Of a stretch of DNA of 64,000 bases, positions 50,927-64,000 are shown in pieces; the first letter of the stretch is position 1, and every line of letters begins with the position of its first letter. The position numbers were made by a program, and so were the translations under genes. The stretch is taken from the NCBI RefSeq assembly GCF_006345805.1, contig NC_043007.1:6882001-6946000 (forward strand), given 5' to 3'. Under the pieces are notes generated by a model, which was not told the DNA's origin, made no database searches, and worked only from the letters and a program-made list of their open reading frames with translations. Source of the DNA: Octopus sinensis (Eukaryota).

Positions 50927-51789
50927 GACTGGACATCATGAACATTATATTTCATCGACTAAATTCATCCTCAGATTTTTTTTTTGTTATCATTTGCATC
51001 CACATCCACATCATCATAAACGTCATCATCATCGTTATCATCATCATCGTCGTCGTCATAGTCGTCGATATGTTGATAGTCGTCGTAGCCATCATCATCA
51101 TCATCATCATCATCAATAGTATCATATTTATATTCATCATATTCATTAGATTCATCAGCCAGAATCTATTCTTTCTACGGCCTTGTGCCAAATTAGAAAT
51201 CGATATTCTATTCAGCTGTGTGCATTTGTGATGTGAAGAAAGTCGAAGTGAAAGGGATCCGGATCGGACAGCGCTTCGTTACAATAGAAGATTGTTGTGT
51301 TGTAGACTTCTCTCTGGATACATGAGAAATAATTCATCAATACATCATCATCATCATCATCATTATCATCATGAAATCGTTATCGACGAAGTCAATAAGG
51401 TAACAGGACCCGTTTATCAACCACACGATCGACATCTGCTTTGTGGTCATCATTACCTCAATTTGTCAATGGAAAAGACAGAAAAATGGATAAATTTAAC
51501 TGTAATATACCTCTGTACAACCATTTCTAAATAGATAATATTCAATTCTGTAATTGAGAAATGGTTCGGTAACTGGCAGTGAAAGCTATGAATACTTCCA
51601 AGACAAAAAAATGCTCTTAAAACGATGATTATCCTTATACACACTGGATGTATATATATATATATATATATACTTTATTTTAAGCAGCAGAAAATTCAAC
51701 AAAATCTGTTACTCTGAGTTTCTCGTTGCCGTTCATCAGACAGTTTTTGCTAGACAGTGTTTACTCCGGTATATATATATATATATACA

Positions 51790-52445
51790 CGCAGGAATGG
51801 CTGTGTGGTAAGTAGCTTGCTTACCAACCACATGGTTCCAGGTTCAGCACCTTGGGCAAATGTCTTTTACTATATAGCCACGGGCCGACCAAAGTCTTGT
51901 GAGTGGATTTGATAGACGGAAACTGAAAGAAGCCTGTCGTATATATATGTGTGTATATGTGTGTGTGTCTGTGTATTCCCCTCCCACAACATCGTTTGAC
52001 AACCGATGCTGGTGTGTTTACGTCCCCGTCACTTAGCGGCTCGGCAAGAGAGACCGATAGAATAAGTACTAGGCTTACAAAGAATAAGTCCTGGGGTCGA
52101 TTTGCTTGAGTGTGTAATAAGATATATGCTTCCAGTCATGTAGTCTCGGGTTCAGTCCCACTGCACTGCATTTTGTGCAAGTGACTTCTAGAATAGACCC
52201 GGGATGACCAAAACGTTGTGAGCGGGTCGGAAAAAAAAGGCTGTTGTATATATATTTGTTTATATGTGTGCATGTACTTTTTTTTTTGTCGCCCACCGAT
52301 CGGTGCTGATTTGTTTATTCCACTAAACCTAACGGTTGGGGAAAGAAGAGAAAAACAATAGAACAAGCACCACACTTAAGAACTAGTGGGGTCGATTTGT
52401 TCAACTGAATCCATAGCCATGTTCCAAAGACTGAAACAAACAACG
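51790..52445 (+). mobile_element. Two consecutive CORE-type SINE family 1 copies (young, 51790-52110; old, 52120-52445)
   Basis: Head GCAGGAATGGCTGTGTGGTAAGTAGC; second degenerate head CGGGTTCAGTCCCACTGC at about 52147. Confidence 0.8.
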
Positions 52446-53999
52446 ACTAAAACCAGACTCATATGAAGAAGCTTTCCAGAAATTGGTTCCATATTCACTT
52501 GTTTAATCTTTCAAGTAACTTCATATTGTTTACAGCTCGAGAAACAAATGGATTAAGCTTTCGGTGGTTAATAATAGGAATGCCAGTGATATAGTCGAAT
52601 GTGTATATTCTATAATTCCATCATTCTATAATAAACTGTAGTTCGGGGAAGATGAACTTCGCTTATTTCCACTTAATTCTGATTCAGTCACGAATGTACA
52701 ATTTACATATCTTTCCCCAAAAGTAAATGTACTTTATATTGTCTGGAAATCAGAAATTCGGAAGGAAAAGAAGTCAATGTGTCTGAACAATTAAATTAAT
52801 ACTTCAATTTACAAAAGCCAGACTGAACGAATGTACGGTGATGTTTTTTTTCCTTCAAAAATTATTTTCTTGCCTGATGAGATTTCGAAAATTCAATTAA
52901 AGGCAATTTGTGCGTTTTCTTTTTTGTTATAGTCATGCAACGTGTGTAACATCAGAGTAAAATCTCGAAAAATAAAAAGAAGGAAAAAACCAAAATGGAT
53001 GAATGTCACTTGTTCCCATTGGCGCTTTGCATACATAATTTGTATGCTTAACAAAAACCATCACTGAGATTAATCTACCGACGAAGAGAGTTCTATACAA
53101 GGTTCACTACATTCTTTTTTATTAGTCTTGTATTCAGGACCCATTGCAGGATTCTTTATAGGGCCTCTAAAATAGGGCAAGAGAAGGGGAAAGGTTGCCT
53201 CAAACCAGAAACTCTGTTTGCAACACAGTGGCCTCCATTAAAGTCGCTCAAGGTGCCAGGTGATGTAGTTTAGACTAGAAGACGGGTTAAGTCTATTAAA
53301 CATTGGTTAATTCTGCCACAAAATGTCTTAACTTTCTTTATGCATTTTGAAATCGATTCAAGATCATATATTTTCATTTATATTCGATGTTAACGCTTCT
53401 GCAATACCTGCATTCGTAAACACAAAGAAAATACTCATCGAAAGCAATGTGGAACCCCATTCTCGATGGCCCTTGGCCAGTGAATCACCTTTTGAGGATT
53501 CACTATAAAGTTTCATGGGTAATATGGAGATTCAGCTCATACATCGTATACCTATTTCTTTACTACCCACAAGTCAAAGCAAACCACGGCGAGATTTGAA
53601 CTCGTGCCATTAAAAGTTGTTATCACATGTAAGGGATTTTGGACTCTAATAATTCTGTCAGTACAACACCCCGTTGTTTTTCTAAGTGCAATAAAACTGT
53701 ATAGACAAACGAATTACGTGACGTTGACAGAGTAGACTCAAGACAGGTTAATATTCCTTCCAGTGTTTCAATGACGTGAGTTCAAATCTTACTGGAGCCT
53801 GTTGATTCGTGTTGCCAGTGAACAATAAGTACCAGTCATACACGGCGAGTGCATTAAAACATTCCATTTCTCATTGCTCTTAATACTTTGTATGGCTTCT
53901 TGCCGATGTAAGAAATCAATATTATGATGACACTAATAAAAAATAAAGATATCAAAATCGATATTGTTTTTATACTAACTGTATTGAGATAATGGCCAA

Positions 54000-54845
54000 C
54001 TCATGTATTTCTATGGAGTAGCTCGACATGCTAAAAATAGACACCACATCTCTCAAACTGTTTCTAGTTTCTTACAACTGGGAGGAGAAATTAGAGTAAA
54101 TTATGTCTGGAAAACAAGCATGGGAAGGTCATAGTTGGAACGCCATTGTTCATAATTTTTCATTCCCAGTTGTCAATGAAACAAGAAGCAGAACACAAAG
54201 CACAATCCCGACAATATATCCATGCCATCCCCTCACTATCATCAACCTAAGTCTTGCCAGGGAAATTAGAGAAACTAGGACTGCAGAGGATCTCGTTATG
54301 ATGGTCGTGGTAACGATGATGATAATGATGGTAGTGGTGGTGGTGGTGGTGGTGGTGGTGGTGGTCGTGGTGGTGGTGATGATAAAAGTAGTTGTGCTGG
54401 TGATGAGGGTGGTTGCGGCTGAAATGCTGTTTCTCTAACATCAGCGCCAGGGGTTCGATACAAAGGAATATTTCACAGTAATTCACATGTGCAGTCTTGT
54501 CCCCGAGTCACGCTGATACCACCTAAGAACTAGGTGAATAGCAAAACGTGTATGCGGAATACTCGGCTACTTATGCATTAATTCAGCAGATCAAACTATT
54601 GAATACTCAGTTTTGAATCATTTGTTTACTGTTCTCTACACGAGTCAACGAGGAGAGAGCCTCTATTGACCTGCTAGAAATAATAACCAAATTTTATCAC
54701 GAAAAAAAAGTGCTGTTATAAAAAAGAGAAGACAGGTGTTAGATCGGACAATGTGATATGCAAATAGACAGGAAGGTTACGGTTGGATGCTTCTGTTGAT
54801 CATGTCTATTGTGTCACAGCAGACCTAGGGCTGAAAAAGATTACA
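54000..54845 (+). mobile_element. Degenerate copies of a third interspersed repeat family (a tail fragment also lies at 16835-16900)
   Basis: Shared motifs GACCTGCTAGAAATA / GACATGCTAAAAATA and GGTCA..GTTGGA..C..TGATCAT at about 54025-54150, 54665-54830 and 16835-16890. Confidence 0.5.
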
Positions 54846-55189
54846 TGAAGGAAAACAGTATTTATCGATTGTCAGCGTGTATATAAATAGACTGTTAACC
54901 CTTTTCTGTCAACATTGTATTCAGAGACCAGTGATCACCTGACTCTACCGATGCATATAGCTACACACACATTCACCTCCTCCCTACAAACACACACAGA
55001 AACAAACAGTATACATACATACATATATATATATGTATACCTCAGTTCACATAAATGTATATATCTGTCGCTACCTTTCATAAAAGGCTTTTTCTTTCTT
55101 CTATTTCCAATGTGCATTTTAGTTGATTTTTCTTACTTTCCCCTTACATTTCCACGTGTAGTTTCTATTTTCTTTTTGTAACATATTTC

Positions 55190-55249
<60 letters not shown>

Positions 55250-55639
55250 ATGTATATGTATATAATATATATACAGACAAGCAAACAGTATACATATATA
55301 TACACACATACGCACACACGCACACTTGCTCTATTCCATCAGAGTTACATAAATATCTGTATTCAAGATTGCAAGACGTAAAGTTCAAGTGAAGCTTAAT
55401 ACCGCGCTGTGATATTAAAAATATTGCTTCTGTTTACTAATGCTATCGTAGCAGTGATTGTTGTTGCTGTTGCTGTTAGGATTGTTGTTGCTGTTGTTGT
55501 TGTCGATGTTGTGGAGATGCTGTCAGAGATAATAGGCGCATTGCTAATGTTTGTGGTAACTGAAGCAGTGTTGGTGCTGGTGGTATATACGGGTGGTTTA
55601 AGCGCTGGCTGTGGTGGTTTTGATTCCTGAGGTGATGGG

Positions 55640-56040
55640 GGATGACGGGTAACTCTGTGTGTGTGTGCGTGTGTGCGTGTGTGTATGCGTGTGTGTGTAA
55701 GAAATAAAGAGAGAGAGTAAAACAAAATTAGGTAAAATATTAAGAGAAGAGAGAGTGTGTGTGTGTGAGGAAGAGAGAGATTGTGAGTGTGTGTGTGTGT
55801 GTAGGAGTGTGTGTGAGAGAGAGAATGTGTATGTGCATGTGTATGTGCATGCGCGTATCTGTGTGTGAGCGTGTGTATGTGTGTGAGAGACTGTTTGAGT
55901 GAGTGTGTTTATGAACGTGTGTGTGTGAGAGGGTGTGTTTGTGTGTGTATCTGTGAACCTGTGTGTGTGCGTGTATTGTTTTTCCGTGTGTACAACGTGT
56001 GTGTGTGTGTGTGTGTGTGAACGTACACACACACGTATAA
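55640..56040. repeat. Degenerate (GT)/(GA) microsatellite
   Basis: Direct reading. Confidence 0.9.
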
Positions 56041-56774
56041 CTGTGTGTCAGCGGGAACGGCGAGTCCGCGCACGCGCGAGATGAGGCCGTGCTGCGTTTG
56101 TTTTATTCCAAGATCTTTGTAAAAAAGAATGTGGGTGTTGCTGTTGCAAGGGTTCGGATGGAGGGAAGTGCCACGTGTGTAGAAATGGATATAAAAAACG
56201 GTGAAGATGAAGTGGTACCTCGTTGTTGCCATTCCCGCCGCTGCCGTCTGCTGCTCTGGTAATAGTGCTTAAGCAGATGGTATGTTGCTGCTGGTGTCAT
56301 CGAGCTGCTACTGAAGAAGAAGAAGAAGAAGAAGAAGAAGAAGAAGAAGAAGAAGAAGATTATGATGGCGACGATGATGAATGTGATGATGATGGTGATG
56401 GTTGTAGTTGTGGTGGTAGTGGTGGTAATGATACTATTAGAATTATAATAGTAGTTGTGATGGTGTTGATGATAGGGATGACTATGTTGGTGGTGGTGGT
56501 GGTGGTGGTCTATAAATATTGTCATGAGATTGGTGATTTGAGGCAGTAGGATGGTTGATTGAGACCAACCCCGGTTGTTGACTCTTGTAGTATTTTATTG
56601 ATCGCAGAAGAATAAAATACCAAGTCGATCTGAATGAGTTTGGACTTAGAACTTAAATACGTCAAATCATTTAATCATTCCTCGATCTATCGTATCTGAC
56701 AATCACCCGTGACACAGAGCATTCGCACACTGGGAATTATGCCAAACATACGAAACACCGTTAGAGGATAAATG

Positions 56775-56842
<68 letters not shown>

Positions 56843-57649
56843 ACAAATGGTCTCAGGGGACCACTAATCTACCGGACTGTGTGACATGCTAAAGTAAAAC
56901 AAGGTTTGAGATAATCAGCCGATATTGCTGTCGAAGTTTTGTAAGGGATGAGGTTTCTGCTATTAGAAATATTAGTTCCGATGGACATTAGTCAAATTTC
57001 CAGTATAATGGGTGAATTTTCCAAATGTTATGGTCTGGACATAAAGATATCCAAAGCTAAAGCTTGACCAAAAAAGACATAGCGCCTAAAATAACAGGTA
57101 CCCTGAGAGTGATTTAAAACATATCGATAATGCATAGCCAAAACCATAGTAAAAGTTGTTCCTTTCCAGCCCCAAAATCTAGGTGTTGTCTGTAATTGAA
57201 GAAGCACAAGCACACAGAAACGTCGGCGTCTAATAGTCGACTGCTATAAATATGAGCGAATGTGATGTTTACATACATAGTCTAGGGGAACGATGGGTCT
57301 ATGTGATGAAATCCACTCGCGAAGACCGACGTTCAAAAGATCACCGTTTTGATTCCTACTGCTTTAGGTGTCAATGTTTTAATATAATTTACAAATATAT
57401 GGAGGATATAGAAAATAGAAGCAGTAATCACTGCAAAGCCCACAGTGAGAAATGTGTATAGTGACAGGAGACGTTTAAAAACGAGACAAATGAGAGACAC
57501 CAACTGTATAAACAAGGGGTAGGATAACCAGGCAGTTGATGTTGCTGATGATTGTGATCATAATGATGATTATGATGATGATGATGATTATATTTTAACG
57601 TCTACCTCTTCAGCCTATAACCTACATTTCCGAATAAACGTTTGCTTGC

Positions 57650-57715
57650 TTATGTATGTATGTGTGTATGTATGTATGCATCTATCTATCTATCTCTACC
57701 TATCTATCTATCTAC

Positions 57716-57791
<76 letters not shown>

Positions 57792-57797
57792 GTCTAC

Positions 57798-57828
<31 letters not shown>

Positions 57829-57830
57829 CG
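57650..57830. repeat. (TATG)n(TATC)n array
   Basis: Direct reading. Confidence 0.97.
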
Positions 57831-58474
57831 CGTATCAGTGTGCGTGTGTTCCAGAAATTCCTCATGCCCTGTGAAATCATCTGGCCATATAAACTTTTAC
57901 TTTTAGGCTAGATTAAGTGTCAATTTATTTATGATTTTATTTAAGCATTCATTCACTTTCTAGAAAGACCATTCGGGAATCCATATCACCATCAAAATTC
58001 TTTTCCTTTCTCTACCTTTCTCTCCCCCATTATATAACTGATAACATTATTAATCATATAAACAATAACATTAGTGGCCGCAAGTGTAAAATTGATAAAT
58101 ATATATAAAATATATTTATATATCAGAGGGTGCTAAGAAGCACCTGCTTTGCAAAAGATAGATAGATAATGATTCACAGATGCATATAGTATATATATAT
58201 GTGTGAGTTTGTGTGTGTATGTATGTGTGTGTGTGTGTGTGTATGTGTGTGTGTGTGTCTGTGTCTGTGTGTCTGTGCCTGTCTAACATATCGTATAATT
58301 AAAAACGGGGAAACATTTTAGCCAATTTTCCGCAGACTGAAAAAATTGATGGAACACCCTTAATCCATTTTCCAACCTTATTGGGTTCTCATCAGAGGCG
58401 TCAACATCATTCTGTCAGTCTCCAGAGAAACAAGCAGCCAAACTGTTTATATACTCAACAAATGCAGCAGTTAT

Positions 58475-58654
58475 ATATAGATCGTTAGCCACTACACACA
58501 TTTTTTTCTATCCTTGTTTTTTGTGTGTCCCTTTCTGTAAACGCTCGAAACGTAAAATACTTTTTCTATTCCTGAGCGTTATACTAATACATATGCTGGT
58601 TTTGTACACCACCTGTCTTCGTCTTTTGTCTTTTTCGTAAACTCTCCCTATACT

Positions 58655-58655
<1 letters not shown>
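58475..58655 (+). mobile_element. Solo Penelope pseudo-LTR (hammerhead stem II deleted)
   Basis: Matches 49610-49795: ATAGATCGTTAGCCACTACAC...CTTTCTGT..GCTCGAAACGTAAAA...CACCTGTCTTCGTC; followed by (TA)n. Confidence 0.85.
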
Positions 58656-58697
<42 letters not shown>

Positions 58698-60172
58698 CAT
58701 ACATACATACATACATACATACATACATACATACATACATACATACATACATCTGTGAATGTTTATCTATTTATATCGCAGATGTACCTGCAGCTGTGAG
58801 AGGAAACCGTCGAATCGCAATTAAGAAATCACTTTAATAACCAGTAACATGTATTTCAGGAGTTAAGATTCAATTACATCCATTAAATAATTGAATGTAC
58901 ACACTCTAATTTATGCCTTGAATACTCCAACTCCTCGTTTCATCGTCAGCGATCCATCCATATATCTATACGAACATTTTTCTGAATCTGTGTACGTTTG
59001 TATTCGAGCGTATGCTTATTCATGTGCATATATGATGTTCCCTTTTCGTTACTCTTACTCATACCTTCTTCCATGAAACAGTACCACATTCCCCGAGTCT
59101 GCTTTTCCTGTTTCTTTCTTTTTTCATTTCCTTACCTTTCGTTCTCAGTATTCCTAAATCGAGCTTCTAGAAGCAGCTGCATACATCAATGCACCAACGT
59201 CAACGTGTTATTTTGGTTTTATTTCTTCTCAGAGCTATTTCACCAATACGATGCAAGCAAGCTTGCATGCATGCATGCTTACATTGACGTGTGCGCGCGT
59301 AGTTTCGCCGTTGTTTCTCAAGGTGCTCCATACACCTAGACTTGTAATATATTCACAAATGCATGTCTGTATCTGTGTGTATCTGTGTGCGTGTGAGTGA
59401 GTGTGTATTTACGTATATTATGTTATATGCCACTTATTTATTGTATTTACTGAATTCTGAATCGATAAATGAGATATAGATTTTGACTATGACAATAGCT
59501 ACCATAGCAGCCATACACAAGCAGGGGAGACAGCACCAACAGCAAAATACTCGACTTCATCTTAACATAATATCACCATCATTACCATCTTCATCATCAT
59601 CATGATCGACATTACCATGACCGTTATCATCATCCTCATCATTATTACCACGGCCATCAGCAGCAGCGGTAGGATCGACAACAGCACCTTGTTTTTTCCT
59701 CTTCGTTATCATTATCGGTATTGCTGTTGTTGTCAACGGTAACACAGCACAAACACAACGCCAGTATTATCCTATATAATAAAGGTATCATCAGCATCAT
59801 CATCAGCATCGTCATCATCGTCATCATTCCACTCTTCATCACTATCATAATCCTATCCATCGACGTCCGTCGTCGCCGCCATGATTATCATCAACACTCT
59901 TGTTATTCACAACAGCAACAAAAGCCACAAAACAACTGTGTCAACGACAACACAGTGTGTTCATAGATGTTCATAAAAGGCTTCTTTATTGTTTATGAGA
60001 CGATTTGATCTCGGCACCGCAATTTTCCCACGTACTAATTAATCCATTCCATTTGCATCCATATACAGATCTGAAATTCTTTTAGGATTAGCGTCATATT
60101 CCTGAGAAAGATCAAACACCAATGTATGATTATTCTTCCAGTTGGTTACTATGTAAACAGAGTTGTATAGAA

Positions 60173-60207
<35 letters not shown>

Positions 60208-60649
60208 AAAGAATGAAAGGAAGGAAGGAACGAACGAAAAGAAATGTCGAGTTATGAATGAAACAAAGCTAAGGGCAAACCCTCTTTACCAAAAGCATAG
60301 TTCCACGTTTGACAAACCGCCATCTTCTGTTTAATATTCAGGAATACTAATTATTTGCTTCCGAGACATACACGCTCAGCATTTCAGAGTCTTTCGAAAT
60401 ATTATTCTGCAGCATCGCTTCACGTTCGACACGCAATGCTGAATTACTCTCTCCCTGTACACGTAAAGTTTTCAACAGCATTCAACGAATTTAAATCGCT
60501 TCTAACACCCAACGAGTGAAATAGTAAATTGCATTTCTAAATAATCATTTGAAGAGAGGCAACATCTTCCGTGTATACTTCACTCGCCCTATGCCGTTTT
60601 TCTCTTGCTAATGTATACGCTGTCTCTTTTCCTATACTACTCCATAGAA

Positions 60650-60865
60650 TATTGGTTTCAAATTTTAGCACAAAGTCAGCAATTTAGGGGGAAGGATTAA
60701 GTCGGTTACATCGATCCCAGTATTCAGCTGGTACTCATTTTAACCACCCACGAAAGAACGAAAGGGCAAAGTTGACCTCGGTGGAATTTGAACTTAGAAC
60801 GACGGACAAAATGCCGCTAAGCATTTTGACCGATGTGCAAACGATTCCGCCAGATCGCCACCTTA
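60650..60865 (-). mobile_element. SINE family 2 monomer with tail B
   Basis: Reverse complement of head, core and tail B. Confidence 0.8.
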
Positions 60866-61289
60866 ACACCCCATTAAACACGAACACTATTTTTGCACAC
60901 ATAGGAACATCCGATCTTTCTAAAACAATTTTCAAAACTTAATATTTAAGAAACGTGACGAGTATATAGACGTGCGTTTTACACATTTGAATGCTACCAA
61001 AAAAAAACATCCACTATTTGCAATTCACCAGTCAACTCAAACGTATTTGTCCTTTTCCCTCTTCACAACAGATCGAGAAGATATTTTCTCCTTTCAATAA
61101 ATACATCATCTCAGCTCTGCTACATATCTATATTACATATACAACACTGTTGCATGTTCTTCAATATAATCTGAAAAATATATGGATGCAGCAATAGTAA
61201 TTATAATCCTGTATCTAACCAGCGTCATACATCCATATATTCTAGGTCTGATCAATAAGTGTCCGGACTGTTGCCATAGTAATCTTTTC

Positions 61290-61625
61290 TACCCTAGGCA
61301 CAAGGCCCGAAATTTTGGGGAGATGGCCAGTCGATCAGATCGACCCTAGTATGTAACTGGTACTTAAGTTATCGCCCCCGAAAGGATGAAAGGCAAAGTC
61401 GACCTCGGCGCAATTTGAACTCAGAACGTAGCGGCAGACGAAATACCTATTTCTTTACTACCCACAAGGGGCTAAACACAGAGAGGACAAACAAGGACAG
61501 ACAAACGGATTAAGTCGATTATATCAACCCCAGTGCGTAACTGGTACTTAATTTAGCGACCCCGAAAGCATGAAAGGCAAAATCGACCTCGGCGGAATTT
61601 TAACTCAGAACGTAAAGACAGACGA
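61290..61625 (-). mobile_element. SINE family 2 dimer (head missing)
   Basis: Core-tail A-core-tail B with junction AAATACC|TATTTCTTT at 61447/61448. Confidence 0.85.
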
Positions 61626-61760
61626 AGACGAGTTTGTAAACGACAAACAAATGTATTAGTTTAAAGCTCGGGAAGTGAGAAAGTCTTTTACGTTTCGAGC
61701 TTATGCTCTTCAACAGAAAGTAACACAGAAATTAAGAGGGAGAGAAAATAGAAAAGGTTT
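61625..61760 (-). mobile_element. Penelope pseudo-LTR fragment with the best-preserved hammerhead-like motif (61685-61720)
   Basis: Minus strand CTTT-CTGTTGA-A-GAGC-ATAA-GCTC-GAAAC-GT-A-AAAG. Confidence 0.8.
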
Positions 61761-61869
61761 ATTGCCTAGCAATCTATCATGGCGAATACCGGACAGAGGG
61801 GTTACACACACAGAGCACACACACACACACATACACACACACACACAACACACACACACACCACACACA

Positions 61870-61948
<79 letters not shown>

Positions 61949-62214
61949 TATGCATATATACATGTATATAAACGTACATCTATCAGATTAAGCAACATGA
62001 CATCGAAAAGTGATGCAGTACGACTGTTTCAAACGGATCCATTTAATTGAACAATGCAATCATTACATCAATTCAAATGCAGGGCTATCCTCAGCTGCAC
62101 AAATAAATAGAATTTTAATCAGTTGGACGCATTAAATAATTTTACTCAAATACTATTACAGAGCAAGAAGATGGAAGAAAGCCATGTTGTTGCTATTATA
62201 GCTAAGAATATAAA

Positions 62215-62415
62215 TATAGTGTACCGTTGGCGATTTTCTTTCTCCGTCTCCCCTTCCTCGGACCTTTCCTTTTTCTATGTTTCTGACGAAGAGCTCCGCT
62301 CGAAACGTTAAATCCTCCTTCTTTCCTTTCCTGAGCGTCCAATAACACTATACTTGTTCCACGTCCTCGCGTTGTTGTGTTTTCTCTTTGTTCATGTTTG
62401 GTTTAACTATATGTA
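62215..62415 (+). mobile_element. Pseudo-LTR of a second Penelope-like family, with a canonical hammerhead core (62279-62313)
   Basis: GTTT-CTGACGA-A-GAGC-TCC-GCTC-GAAAC-GT-T-AAAT, followed by CCTGAGCGT..AATA as in the first family; ends at a TA-rich tract. Confidence 0.7.
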
Positions 62416-63598
62416 TATATATAGTTATACATACATATATGTACATATATATGCATATATATATGTATTAATAATAATATACATATACCCATATTGTGAA
62501 TACTACTTTTCTTTTTTGCAGCAACATACCTATATTCCTGCTTGCAAGACATTATAATAATCGGTAGTTCTTAGAACGGTTTCGTTCCAATGTGATTTCC
62601 ATTAATATATTCGAAAGTGTCGCTTCAGGATCTATCGAATACCAATTAACAATAAGAACATAGATTGCCAATTAGTAATTTGGAAAATATTAGAAAATTA
62701 GGGACAGAAAATATGGAATTAACAGTTAGTATTCACTAGATATTGTTCGTATATACTATAGAGGAAATTCAAATGGCTAGTTTAGTTACACAGCGCGTCT
62801 CCCAGATTCTGCCCGAAGTGTCCATTTATGAGTGAGTGCGAAGGGAATGGTTTGATCTGTTCATCAAAGAACTAGAACACTCATTGCCGAAAGTGATATG
62901 AAGATCCATCAGAAATACTTGATAAATTGTCTATTTAATTATATCAATTGTCTGCGGTCATTACATACATACATATATGGGTCAGATATAGTATTCGAGA
63001 ATATGCAAGTGGTCGTTTGTGTAAAGATATGTCTGTGAGTGCGCGCGCGCGTGTGTTTAATGTATGTATATTTTGGGAATGTATTGACGTGTGTTTTATA
63101 TTTCATGATTGATCACTTTATACACTAGTGTATATATGGTCCACTGACGCACATTCAAACATACACGGAGGGAATAGAAATAAATGCGTTGTAAACACAA
63201 GAAATATATATCTATCTTTTAGGCAAAGAACTTCCGATCAAGCGTTCACTTAGTCGTGAATACAATTAAGGATTGAGCTGAAGAATATTATGTGTAACTG
63301 GCCGAAGGGAAAATAAATCACACGCTGATCTTTAAACCCAACTTTCCACCGTTACGCTACACACACACACACACACACAAACAAACAAACACACACACAC
63401 AAACAAACACGCATACATGTACAGACAAATACAAGCATACACACACAACCATACATACATATGTAGATAAATAGATAATATTTTATACATATATATATAT
63501 AAACAGAGAGAGAGAGAGAAGAGAGAGAAGAGAGAGAGAGAGAGAGAGATTCCTCAACCTGTGCTGCCAACAATGCTGACAGTACATTAGTTATATTA

Positions 63599-63884
63599 TT
63601 TACATTTGACGGATATTTGTCCTCATCTTGTTTGTTAACACGTTTCGGTTGATATACCCTCCTTTATCAAATGTCCTGGGGGAATTTCGAACTTGAGCTC
63701 TCATTCGTAGGGTATTTTTCCGATGTTGCTATTAATGTTATTGTTCAGGTCACTGCCTGTAATCGAATTCAGAATCTTGGGGTCAGTAGCCCGCGCTGAT
63801 AACCACTACGCCATATACCCACGGGCATATGGCGTAATAGTTAAGAGCAGAAAAATACCTTAGGAATGAGAACTGGTTTTGAAA
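63599..63884. mobile_element. Head-to-head inverted pair of a tRNA-headed short element (- unit 63599-63820; internally deleted + unit 63823-63884)
   Basis: A box TGGCGTAGTGG and B-box-like GAATTCGATTAC on the minus unit; the plus unit repeats the head, then jumps to GAAAAATACCTTAGGAATGAGA, homologous to the interior of the minus unit. Confidence 0.75.
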
Positions 63885-63938
63885 GAAAATACATTTATTT
63901 ATAAGAGAAGGTTGATTTTCCTAATAATATGGGATGTA

Positions 63939-63975
<37 letters not shown>

Positions 63976-64000
63976 CATACACACGTGTAAGGATGCACAA

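Noticed and set aside
56900-57070. IMGEFSKCYGLDIKISKAK resembling an RT domain 6 motif
   Set aside because: No upstream YADD-like motif or other RT blocks in register.
61247-61287. 40-bp word resembling a mariner-type terminal repeat
   Set aside because: No partner inverted repeat in the vicinity; too short to support.

Overview
AT-rich eukaryotic non-coding DNA saturated with microsatellites. The two tRNA-derived SINE families and the LINE remnants look like those of an octopus (coleoid cephalopod) genome; this is an inference from repeat content. I cannot support any intact host protein-coding gene, and most listed ORFs are translations of microsatellites or trinucleotide tracts. The real coding signal comes from decayed retroelements: a nearly complete R4/Dong-type RLE non-LTR element (about 38.4-42.5 kb, +) with a second Dong-like 3' end stacked in its (TAA)n tail, two Tx1/L1-clade remnants (1.5-3.6 kb +, internally deleted; 35.1-36.0 kb -), and a Penelope-like GIY-YIG 3' fragment with its pseudo-LTR (48.3-49.8 kb +). 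The most interesting observations are: (1) a recursive-splicing-like site on the + strand (polypyrimidine-CAG|GTAAGT at 37651/37652, with a second GTAAGT 31 nt later), hinting that the window lies in a very long intron; (2) several hammerhead-ribozyme motif families, including five Penelope pseudo-LTR copies that share a non-canonical CUGU core, one motif in the loop of a 135-bp inverted repeat, and a decayed one behind a tRNA-like head; (3) a SINE whose 3' tail matches the Tx1 3' end and which forms multimers joined at one fixed nucleotide. All alignments and translations were done by eye.
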